DNA of 54,566 bases, counting the filler, from Sphacelaria rigidula (lineage: Eukaryota): NCBI GenBank assembly GCA_964200075.2. It is 4 parts of 4 records of this genome, joined end to end, with 100 filler letters (N's around TTAATTAATTAA, not from the genome) between each part and the next. Parts side by side here need not be neighbours in the genome. Positions count along the whole stretch, not along the records: positions 13,671 to 27,236 come from CAXNAA020002797.1; 3 more parts are not named here. The stretch is one strand, 5' to 3'. Under the pieces are notes generated by a model, which did not search any database, was not told where the DNA came from, and saw nothing but the letters and a program-made list of their open reading frames with translations. Both the position numbers and the translations under genes were made by a program. Below, piece after piece: positions 14,105 to 24,404 of the stretch (positions within the stretch are counted from its first letter, which is position 1; each line of letters begins with the position of its first letter).

Positions 14105-14190
14105 GGGAAGGGGGCATACTCATTTGTTGCTTGCCTTAGTCGTTTGACCATTGATCACGCACCCCTTTCGAGAAGGAGCATGGGCCGGTT
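14105..14190 (+). repeat. Dispersed repeat family B copy
   Basis: 'tactcatttgttgcttgccttagtcgtttgaccattga' has an exact reverse complement at ~19827-19865. Confidence 0.8.
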
Positions 14191-14419
14191 TGGAGAAGGG
14201 GGAGTTATTGCATCGCGGCATTACTCGGCGGTTGTGTTCATATATAGATGTGTTCTTCATGAATCTTGCAACATATCTTATAGCATCGATCTTGGATATC
14301 ACGTTCACGTAGAATTTCGCGTCGATTTGGGATATCCATCTGAAAAGGTACACCCGTATAAAGTACATCCATCTGGGAGATTCTGCTTCCTGGACACCTT
14401 TACGGATACGCAATTCATC

Positions 14420-14675
14420 CACACGTCGCACAGCTCATGAGCTACCTGGATATTACTTTTTACAAGAGCGCTGATCCGGATCATGACCTAGCTCATGTGG
14501 TCCCTTTTTCTGCATTTGCTCCCAACAACACTAGACACCAAGCACGCGGAGTAGCGCTTAGGTAGCGCTTCGGCTTCTCAGACCCCGCTGTCACATATTA
14601 TGTGTTCTTGGACAACGGGTCTGAGAGTCCTCTTCGATTTGTTATATAGGTAGCACATGAGCTGTCCGACGCGTG
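14420..14675. mobile_element. MITE family C (TIR CACACGTCGGACAGCTCATGAGCTACCT)
   Basis: Left 'cacacgtcgcacagctcatgagctacct' pairs with right 'aggtagcacatgagctgtccgacgcgtg'. An inverted homolog lies at 17450-17711. Confidence 0.8.
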
Positions 14676-16214
14676 AACCCATCGGAAATACAGGCTGGTT
14701 CACGCATAACACCAAAATCTGTCATGAGCAAATGCCTTCTGCAATACGCACCCAATAAACGCATACATGATTTCATACTGACCGCAATGAACAGACGAAG
14801 AGGATGGCATAGCCGGATTTTTGTTCAAGGCTAAAGCGGTGGCGCTATGAACGATAATGTGTCTCGACCAATCAGCGCCTTTCAAATTGTTCCGAAATTG
14901 GAAATATGAATGCCTGGCCCAATTTACACCGAATCTCCACATGCTTCAAATCGTAGTGACCGTCATCACCTCAGCAATCTAACGAGAGAAACATGTTTGA
15001 AAACAGTTCCAACGGGGTAGAGTTATACCCGAAACCGTAATGTTTCGGTTATGTGGAGTTTGGCGTCGTCTACTTTCCACTCATGAAACGTAGGTAAGAC
15101 CAGATCATCGTCAAACTTGGCAGTTCCGAAGGTTTTGATGCTCCAAATGGGAAAATGGTGTTGTTGGCAAGAGTTGAAAGTTTCTCTGTTCTCTACCGGC
15201 TTCCGGGGGTTCCAGTACAAAGACCCCCGGAGAGCGGTGCAGACTCGAAAGAAAAGAGAAAAACATGATGCGTCCCGGAATAGTCCAAGGAACACATGTA
15301 CAAAGTTTGGTGGAAAAACTCGAAAATCTCACACAATTTTTCTTGCCTTGACGTGAAATTCGCCCAAAAAAGATGTTTTTATACTAAAACCAAGTAGTTG
15401 GGAGTTCGCACGTTTCAAGCTCACATCCTCGCACAAACGCTTGAACCTTCACGCCGTTATTAGGAGTTAAACCCTGAAAAATTGCACAAATGTGCTATGA
15501 ATCATTAGGCACGTTACGATCAACGAGAGTTTTATACTTTTTGAATTTTGCACCGTTTTTCGGGGGTCCGACATGATCCAAGTCGTTTTTTCGAAGACGT
15601 CCATTCTGGGACGCCGGAAAACCGGGACTACGATCTTATTCCATTATTTTCGAGAACGCTCTGTCACCGCAAAACCTAAGGAAGGACCCCACGAAGCTTC
15701 GTGGTCAAACTCGATTAACTGGTGCTTGAATTTCCATGTTCACGTCAAAGAAGGCCCAAAAACGCCATTTTCATACCAACATCTAGTAGTTTGTCGTTTC
15801 ACCATGGCACGGCGAGGTTCATCGCACAAACGCGACGAGTTTTTCCAAAAATTTTATTTTTACCGTTTTACAGGGGTCCCACTGGATCGAAGTTTCCACG
15901 AGAAAACTGAGACCCCGGCAACACGGTGAAAAAGGCAAAAGTGAAGAAAAAAATCGATCTCGGAAAGTTGCGTAACGACCCATAAAACACCTGTGCAAAA
16001 AAATAGGGTCTAAATCCTTAAAACGGCGTGAAGTTTTACCGATCAGTGTTTACATGAGCATCATATCCCAGACAAGGATTTCCAATTGAGGGTATCGACT
16101 ACGGAGAGGGATGGCAATCAAATGTCGAAACCGGAAATGGCACGGAAAACACGAGCATAACCCAGAACGAAAAACAAAGACCCTCATCACCAAAAATTAA
16201 AAATAAAAATGCAC

Positions 16215-19200
16215 CTCTTGCTGTCTTCGCTCCGTGTCCTTCATCTGTCGGCTAACGTGTCCGGCCTGCTTATAACTCTTTGATGCCACGGCTTCCTGTA
16301 TCATGTTATCAATGAACAACAAACGGGAAAGACGAAAAAAAGAGAAAATGAAAGACGGAAAAAGGGGGGGGGGGACAATGCAATAAGATTTTGCGAACAC
16401 AAGTGAAACATGTACATAGATGAGCATCCTCATGCTTCGAACTCTCCCCCCATTCGCATTGGGGACGAGTCCATATTGTGATGATCAATCTATATGACCC
16501 TCTCGGAGCTTGTTTACCTATTCATTTTGGATCATGACCACTGACGTAGCCTGTCGACTTTTCGTCGAATTTGTGTTGCATTGACTTACGCCCTCACGCC
16601 TTCCTCTTGACATTAACGGAAGACCCCTCCACTTCTCTACAATACCCCCCGAATCAACTCTCATCTACCCTTCGAACCGCCAGAGTGTGTCATCCGTTGA
16701 ATCGCCACCATTCCCACCCCAAAAATCAGGACATGCGTGACCCAGATGACCCACCATGGGCAGGCAACGTTTGAAAAATTTCGCCCGGGGTCATCATCGA
16801 CTTAAATCAACACATCACCACAAACGTTTTCGACCGGGAGTAGAGTTTTACACCAGCTCGTCATCAAAGCAGTTCCATGACTGTTCTTTCTGCTAGAGTT
16901 CCAAGAGCGGACGTCAAGATTCTCATCTCTAGATAGCTGACAGGCGGTGCAAGGTGCTCCCCATACGCGCACAGAACATATTTTTTTCGATGCCGGTTTA
17001 AGGTCTCCCGGCGGACACTTCACCTACGGTATCTTCCGTAGGGTATACCCGGAAGTGTTCTGCAGTGTATACTAGGAGATGTTCTGTATAGTATACCCGC
17101 AAATGTTATATAGGATATACCCCGGAAAGGTTCAATATGGTATACCCGGAACTGTTCGGCATTCTACGAGTAAACCACACCGAAACCCGTATCGAACACC
17201 CCGGTATAGTTCAACAGCGTGTCGAGGACTGTTCCGAACGCTCTGGTATGGTCCGGAGAGGGTATTTTCCGATATAAAACCTCTTCCATACTTGTGGAAA
17301 TACCCTGTTTTCGGCCGGTAGACCCTACAGAACACCACCTTGGCATGTTCCGTTTCCAACGTTGCCTCGGGGGTATTGGTCTGCGCGGGGTACAGGCAGG
17401 GCCACAATCTCAATTATGAGGCAATTAAGAAGTGTAGCCTCAAAGTTTTCACACGTCGGACAGCTGGTGAGCTACCTAAAATAGCTGATCGAAGAGGACT
17501 CTCCGATCCCTAACCCAAAAGCACAACATACTTGACAGCAGGGTCTGAGAAGTCAAAGCGCTACCTTTGCGCTACTCCGCGTGCTTGGCGTCCAGCACTG
17601 TAGGAAGCAAATATGGAAAACGGGGGGGCACCTTAGCTAGCTCATCATAATCCGGATTAGTACACTAAGGAGAGGTGATATTCAGGGAACTCATGACCTG
17701 TCCCACGTGTGAAAGTGTTCAAAAATACTCACAGATGCGGTACCTGAAAAATAATCCCGCACTAGAACCTACACAGAGAAATAATACGTAACGCGAGTCT
17801 CACGCTAAATAGGGGGTTCTTGAGTGGCAGCGCTATCTGTAAGTATAACCGCTAGAGCTAGGGGTATGGTGAGAATTGGGAGCTATAACAGAATTTAGCA
17901 GATCTGGAGCGGGTCAAGCACAGGCTGTTTGACGACCATGTCGCCCCATTGCCTCCTCCCAACACTCCTTCCGATACTCTCGTCACGTATAAATATCCCT
18001 TTTTCCTCATTCACGTACAGTAAGGGGATGTACGTGGCGATAATCCTGCCAAGCTTGAAAAATACATGCTTTTAAATAAGGGTAACTTTTCTTTTTTTTC
18101 AATCCGCTTCTTTTTTTGAAACCTCTCCTCATGCTAGGGACGAGTCCATGGTCTCTAGGGCACCAGCCTATCTCTCCCCGGTACAGTACACGCCCTACAT
18201 GTTGGCATCGCGGATTGGATAATGAACACCACTCCCGCACCACGTCAACCACAGCCAAACAAAATCAGTCGAACAAACTACTGATGCTTCTCACGTACAT
18301 CCTCACGCTTTCAACCATGTAATTCAGACACTTTGAAGAGAAAATCTAAGCGCATCTCGAGGGAATCAAACCCGCGTTCATTCCGCCGTGTGGTATCAGC
18401 TGTACCAGTACACCACCGAGGCACGACCGCACAAGTACCCCTTATTCAGAAACAGTCCTCGGACTTGACCCTACCGAGTTATCAAACCGCACAAGAAGCA
18501 ATCTTGATGTTAGTTGGATTCTTTCACGGGTTTACGACTTGGAAAGCGTGAATATGTGAGCGACTGAAGCTTTCAATGAAAAGTTGACGGCCTGCGGGAG
18601 TGCGATCAACAGTAGTCATGATTCAATGATCCTCGTTAGGAAAAAAAAAGAGGGGTCCTCCAGATAGATGGGCTGAAAATATGGACCAGCATACACCCCA
18701 AATATATATTTTCCACATGGGTACAGTCGGGAAAAAAAAAAATCAACCTGCCAGCAAGGGCGTACAGAAAACAAAATCCTGCACCCACACTACCCCCCCC
18801 CCCCACCCCCTCCGCAACACATTCTGATTTCATTTTCTTCCCCTCAAACTTTGTCAAACTAGACACTTATTTCTCAGGCATTAGGGCGTCATTTGCTTAG
18901 CAAGACGTTGTCGAGACAATGCGCACGAGCCGTATACGTCTGCTGTTAGTGTGTTTCATGAATACAGATGAGCAGTGTTGGCAGTGTTGGAGGAGTGTCG
19001 GAGATTAGTTAATGCGATTTATCTGCAAATTGTTGGCGATAGTGGCAATAGGGTTGAAAAGGTCGGAGGCCACAAGTTGGAGGGCAAACCAAACGAAGTG
19101 TTGAAAAGTACGATTATTTTTATTTGGATGAGTACCAAGATGAGTTGGACACTTTTTTTTGTTTTTAATTCCTAACCTCGAAACGTCCGCTGTGGCCCAA

Positions 19201-20213
19201 AAGGATTGCACGCAATGAAGGTGCATCTGAACCTCTCATTTCTCGTAACAGTAGTGCTTTCCGCCGCTATCTTGTGGGTACTTGCAACCTTTGAAGAACC
19301 CACACTTCACCATGGGCGCAACAACTCTTGTATGCGTCTCCTGAGGTGTACGTGGAACTGTGTTTGCGCGGTTGCGGGCGGCTCGGAAAATCGCCCAATC
19401 CCGCCGCTTTTTCGACGGCTTCAAAATTTTCGGTCTCGCTCAACCTCGCCGCATTTTTCGTTGCAAGTTGGTTCGGGTGTTCGGGTACTGAGCTCTATGA
19501 CTCACTCCGGCCTTGATTACGTTGTTTGTTGTCTGCTGGGTTTCATGATTAAATTGCACATCAGGCAATGGACCACGCAGTTTATGTTCACCTACACAGC
19601 GCAGACAGCTGTTTACTAGCCATATCGCTGCTTCTGCTTGGCTCTGTGCTCTGCAACTGATTTAATTGAGTGACTCTTATGCCCGGTTAACACAGTCACT
19701 GACCAGGTTCCAGTCTAAAGCCAAGTGATTTTTCATTAAGTTGTTGTATAGGATTTAGTACAGAAACGGCAAAACGGCCCCCCTCTTCCGCCCCCAATCG
19801 TGCTCCGTCTCGAAAGGGATGCGTGGTCAATGGTCAAACGACTAAGGCAAGCAACAAATGAGTACGCCCTCCCCCCCCCCCGCCCCCAATCGGCCCCAAA
19901 TGTAAAAATGTGAGTGTGGGTCCAGGATTTTTTTTTCTGGGCGCCCTTGCTGTCAGAGACGTTTTCATCCACTTCGAGATCATCTTGAATAACACAAAAT
20001 GACTCTCCGTCCAGAATCAAAATCGAAAACCTCAACACAGAAGGAGGGTCGGCGGGTGGGTGGAGAGGAGGGGGGGGGGGGGGGGGAAGGATGCACTCTA
20101 ACATTGGGGGGTGTTGAAAAAAAAGCGCCTGCGATAATNNNNNNNNNNTTATAAAAAAAAATTCGCCACCTTTCTAGAAACAAACTCGAAACCTAAAGAA
20201 AGGGGGGTTGGGG

Positions 20214-20246
<33 letters not shown>

Positions 20247-20796
20247 ATGATGTCCTCCATCACTGTGGGATGCTTAGAAAACAGCGCTCTCGCTAATTCC
20301 TTCTCTCAACTTGAGGTTCGAAACCTCAACGCAGGGAAATGAAGGGGTGGTATTCTCATTGACATTACGGCGCTCAAGATAAGGTAACTCTCACTCACCC
20401 TCTTTTGACGCTCTAGCTTTGGCAGCAGGTCAGCATTTTCCGTCATCTCTAGCTTCAGTGCTGCCCTTCTCTCCTCCAAACCCGCGACCGCGCGAGCACT
20501 TTGTTCGTAGCGAGACCGGACCGCTTCGACCTGTTTGTTTCGTGGGGTACGAACCAGGGGGATTGAGGATAGAAGGAAAAACACGGAAACATGAAAACGC
20601 ACAAAAGAGTATGACCACATTGAGAGGGAGCAGCATCTGATGAAAATGTGGAATTACTTGGCGCAGATGGAACGTGCATGGGGGGGTAGGTATTCGGTAA
20701 GCAGCTTCACGCTTCCCTGTGAATACGGGTTCGAGAAATTGGCCTCATGTGTGAAAACTGATGTGAGAATAATAAGGTGATGACAAAAAAACGATT

Positions 20797-20839
<43 letters not shown>

Positions 20840-22862
20840 TACTACTACTTCCAATGACAAAACTATTAATAGTGAGTCGAAACTAATGACAAAATACAAG
20901 AAGAGGCGTATCTGTCGCGATGTATTCGACACATGGTGAACTGATTCCATTGGGCTGAAGGGATCCGAAACGGCATACGACTAGTGCTTGACTTGTGCGA
21001 AAAATGCGGGGCAAGACCCAAGACATGTCCCATATGCTTCATATGCTCCTATTATATTAATCCTACAGAAAACCGTAAAACAGGCAGATGTCTGTGGCTA
21101 CAACGATCCACGCGCAGAGGTTAGGGTGCTACTTATTATGCTAGCACGGTTTTTGAAAAAATACTTCATCTTGAAAATAATGTTGAGTAACGTTTTTGTA
21201 AACCCGTGCTAGCACAATAAGTTGAAGCCTAGCAGAGGTGAAAGCAACACGTGCGTGCGGATCAACGGCAGTTTCAATCGTCTGTTGCGACTTGCGAAGT
21301 ATACTCGAGCGGGGACAACAGGATTTCATAAAATGCACCATTTCTGGCGTTTTGACAAATTACAACACTCGTACTACTGGGGAGCCGGTCGCCCCCCCGC
21401 GGTTCAGTTGATAACCTGGAATACCCTTCCAAGGATCGGACAAATTGACGATTCGTCTGGAAAATACTTGGTTCTAGTGTAAATGATTCGCCGTGCGAAT
21501 CAATCCTCAAGCTTTGTTTTCAGCGTTTCAACCCAGGTACGCGCAGCCCAGGCACGTGGAATGGCGCAAAATTTGCGTAGAGACCTTCTTGACTAACAGT
21601 CGACTTGTTTCCCCCTCTTTTGAGCAATCAGGCCTAAGAAACCGTGGATTTGATGATTCGAGCGGGCGATGATTCGTCCGAACCGTATACCGTTCTGACG
21701 GTTAGGCCGGGGACTCGGTCTTAAGTAAAGTTACACCAACTGGGTTTTTTCGCACAACATGTCCAACAATGGAAAGCGATTGTTTCGTGAGTGAACAAAA
21801 CTCGGTTCAACCCCTTGGCCACGACGGTAGTCCATCTGGATCATGAACACTTCCTTACGTTGAAACTGAAGCCGATTCAACAGAGGATGGTGGGATTCTC
21901 ACCGTCAAGGGATTATCTGGATCGACGAGGAAAAGGAACGGCCTAACCCTCATCACGATAAATATGAGGGCATGCAAGCACTGCGGAAGGAAGATGGAGT
22001 GCTTAATTTATTATTTATTCGATCATTATGTCAATCATTTGTCACGCTTTGAACCCCTCCCCTCCCTCGGGATGAGTCCGTGGTCTCAAGGGATCAACCC
22101 ATCTCTCCTCGGTACACACCTTGTATTATGTTCTCGCGAATTGGGTCATGACTATCACCACTCCCGCACCGCGTCAACTCACGTCAAACGCACTCAGTCA
22201 ACTACTCTGTTTACTCACGTTCTCACGCTTCCCACGGTGGAAATCAAATACTACGAAGGAAAAACCCAACGAATCCGGAATCGAACCCTCGTTTTCTCCA
22301 CCCTAATGGTGACAGTCGGACCATTACACCACCGGGGCGCGGCGGCGAAAACAAAATGGAAAATGGAAAAAAATCCTGTGTTAACCTTCCCCCCTGTGTG
22401 ACACCGGCTGATGCGCCTACGTACACCAGAAGGTGTAGGCGTCCAGAATAATAAATGGGACAAAACACGAGCACGGACATATACACGACCACTGCGATGC
22501 GATTTTCTATCGGAATTCATGTCGAAGGGAAGCGCAGACGACAAGGTTCGGCAACAGTATCTTGCACGTGAGCCTCAGCGAGAAACGTGCTGCTATTGGT
22601 CGTAGTACTGCTACTAGTGGTGGTACAGCTACTGGTACTAGTACTGCTGTCCTATTTGTAGTGAGTACTACCGAACCATCACCATAACCACAAAAATCGC
22701 CACTTCTTGGAGCTGCTTCATGAGGGCAAGTGCAGTCGTTGATATGCACACCTCTGCCCGAAGCGCAGTGGCCGTCTTGATTTCCTCCTGGGCCACTTCT
22801 TCCACCTTTTCAGCCCCAGCAGCCCGCGACTCCTCCGCTCCCCAGTGTGCAGCGAGCGTGGA
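16215..22862 (-). CDS. Partial coiled-coil protein with UVR (UvrB/C)-like motif; three internal exons
   Basis: Minus-strand exons 22862-22752 (STLAAHWGAEESRAAGAEKVEEVAQEEIKTATALRAE), 20530-20399 (VEAVRSRYEQSARAVAGLEERRAALKLEMTENADLLPKLERQKR) and 16295-16215 (EAVASKSYKQAGHVSRQMKDTERRQQE). Each has a CAG acceptor and GT donor, is phase 0, and they join into one helical frame. Confidence 0.78.
17025..17345. repeat. Degenerate minisatellite ('ggtatacccggaa..gttc')
   Basis: The motif recurs at short irregular intervals. Related 'cagaact..cgggtac' arrays occur at ~24815-25025 and ~25995-26235. Confidence 0.6.
17450..17711. mobile_element. MITE family C copy, inverted relative to 14420-14675
   Basis: TIRs 'cacacgtcggacagctggtgagctacct' and 'actcatgacctgtcccacgtgtg'. 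The internal 'gggtctgagaag..gctactccgcgtgcttgg' is the reverse complement of copy 1. Confidence 0.8.
18115..18428 (-). mobile_element. tRNA-derived SINE copy 1
   Basis: Minus-strand head 'ggtggtgtactgg..gggtttgattccc' carries A/B-box-like motifs. The body is homologous to 22048-22343 and 36043-36630. Confidence 0.7.
19797..19875 (-). repeat. Dispersed repeat family B copy
   Basis: Reverse complement of 14105-14190. Confidence 0.8.
20797..20849. repeat. (CTA)n microsatellite
   Basis: Near-perfect trinucleotide run. It produces the poly-Val in the spurious ORF 20654-20950. Confidence 0.95.
21431..21684. mobile_element. MITE family D (TIR AAGGGTCGGACRAAT)
   Basis: Shares the internal 'ttttcagcgtt..caggtacgcgca.cccaggcacgtggaatggcgcaaa' with 31519-31783 (inverted) and 39290-39526. 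Its left end matches 54495-54566. Confidence 0.75.
22048..22343 (-). mobile_element. tRNA-derived SINE copy 2 (best preserved)
   Basis: Minus strand reads GCCGCGCCCCGG-TGGTGTAATGG (A box, 22321-22331) ... GGTTCGATTCC (B box, 22277-22287), followed by a ~230-bp non-tRNA body shared with two other copies. Confidence 0.8.
22365..22470 (-). repeat. Dispersed repeat family E ('gtcccattt..attctgg..ctacacctt..cagccgg.gtcacacag')
   Basis: Reverse complement matches 42553-42712, 42810-42960 and the truncated copy at 40855-40902. Confidence 0.75.
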
Positions 22863-23071
22863 CTGGGGAATTAACCAAGTGGCACAAAAACAAAAACAAG
22901 CCGCACTAGTTCAAAAGGCGAACGAATACGAGACGATAACCCATAAAAATCACGGCACAGAAGATTCATTTATTGCTGGCTAGCTGGTCGGCTGGTCGGC
23001 TTGTGCAGCACTGGTGAGAGCCGGAGCATACGTCTGAGTCGAGAGCTTCTGCTTACAAGGACTTAAAACAA

Positions 23072-23361
23072 AGCTTTCGTGAGATTGAGAGTACAGCGCT
23101 GATTAGGAGTGGCTTTCATCATTCACTATAACTTGAGCCAATTTTTCATTCCGTGCGTGCTTTTCTTCGCCTCCATCACTGGCGTGTGCTTACAGCTATA
23201 CGTCGATATCCTACTCAGAGATATCAAGGGCCTCAATGGCAAGCTATTACGGGAAGCGTATTGGGCCTCGTGAAGGGGCATTTCTGACCTGAAACGATTC
23301 ATCCACTACTTGACCGTTTCCAATCTTAATCGTGTCCTCTACTCTCAATCTCACGAAAGCT
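23072..23361. mobile_element. MITE family A copy with perfect 22-bp TIR
   Basis: agctttcgtgagattgagagta (23072-23093) is the exact reverse complement of tactctcaatctcacgaaagct (23340-23361). Confidence 0.88.
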
Positions 23362-24115
23362 ATGTGTTATCCTCTTTCAAAAACTTCAATTTCTCGCATC
23401 AAGTAGACGCCGACCCCCGATTTCCGGGGACCTCGGTGCACGTATTATAACACCCATGCGCATCTGCTGCAACATCAGGGGCTCCTGCGAACCCCTTTTC
23501 CTTGTGCCACCGAGATATAAAAGTCTTGAGTAGTAAACCGGTTCCATGGACGAGACGTTCGTATCGGTGGTTTAGGGTCCCCTCGAGTTGGAAGCTCACA
23601 GTTTGCTTGATACGAGAGATATAAAAAATCCGACAAATCTAAATCTGTTGCTGGAGGGAAGTATCCAACGCAGAGTACTGCTGGCTGTCGACATCCCTCT
23701 ATCCACCTCTCTGTTGGACGGGAACTGAACTATGCCCCGTTCGAATGTGACCAACACTGCTGCCATACCAGTTGCTTCATACTGCAAGGTGTACACGGAA
23801 CAAACGTTGCACGAAGGCTATTGCCCTCTCGCCCTGCCTGTCAGACGGGAACTGAGGTAGGCACCTGTCGTATGTGACAGAAAAATGTACGGCTGACTAT
23901 TTTCCCCCAACAGTCATATTACGCTATCACAGACGGTGATCTCTCGTGTGTATGATGGACGCGCACTGACCGAATACTGATGCAGAACGACTGCACTCCA
24001 ATGGAAGCTTCTCGACGCCACTCTTCAGTGTGTGGTAGACGGGAACTGACAAGAGGGCGAACCCAGTATGACCTTCAATGAAATAAAATAAAAACACACG
24101 GGTTTTTTTATCACC

Positions 24116-24404
24116 AAAGGCTATGACATTATACATGGGTAGTGCACTCGCTGGGATATTCATCATCATTTGTGACATACAGATGGTGCAGTTGGTATTG
24201 TTTTCATATATATTTTAGTATAGGACATAATCGGAACAGAAACAAGTCATTACCTATGTATACATTTTGTATATATATATATATCCAACTGCACCGTCTG
24301 TGGGTCACAGACGATTTATTTTTCATTATTTTTCATATATATTTTAGTATCGGACAATCGGAACAGAAACAAGTGCACTACCTATATATGATGCCATAGC
24401 CTTT
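24116..24404. mobile_element. MITE-like element with a nested inverted-repeat element (24171-24309)
   Basis: Outer IR: 'aaaggctatgacattatacatgggtagtgcact' / 'agtgcactacctatatatgatgccatagccttt'. Inner IR: 'tgtgacatacagatggtgcagttgg' / 'ccaactgcaccgtctgtgggtcaca'. Confidence 0.7.

Noticed and set aside
13708..14139. Hydrophobic Phe-rich ORFs (also 25500-25920 and 49474-49794) resembling membrane proteins
   Set aside because: They arise from T-rich low-complexity DNA and repeat fragments.
22270..22343. Functional tRNA gene
   Set aside because: A and B boxes are present, but there is no closing acceptor stem, and it is fused to a repeated body. It is a SINE head.
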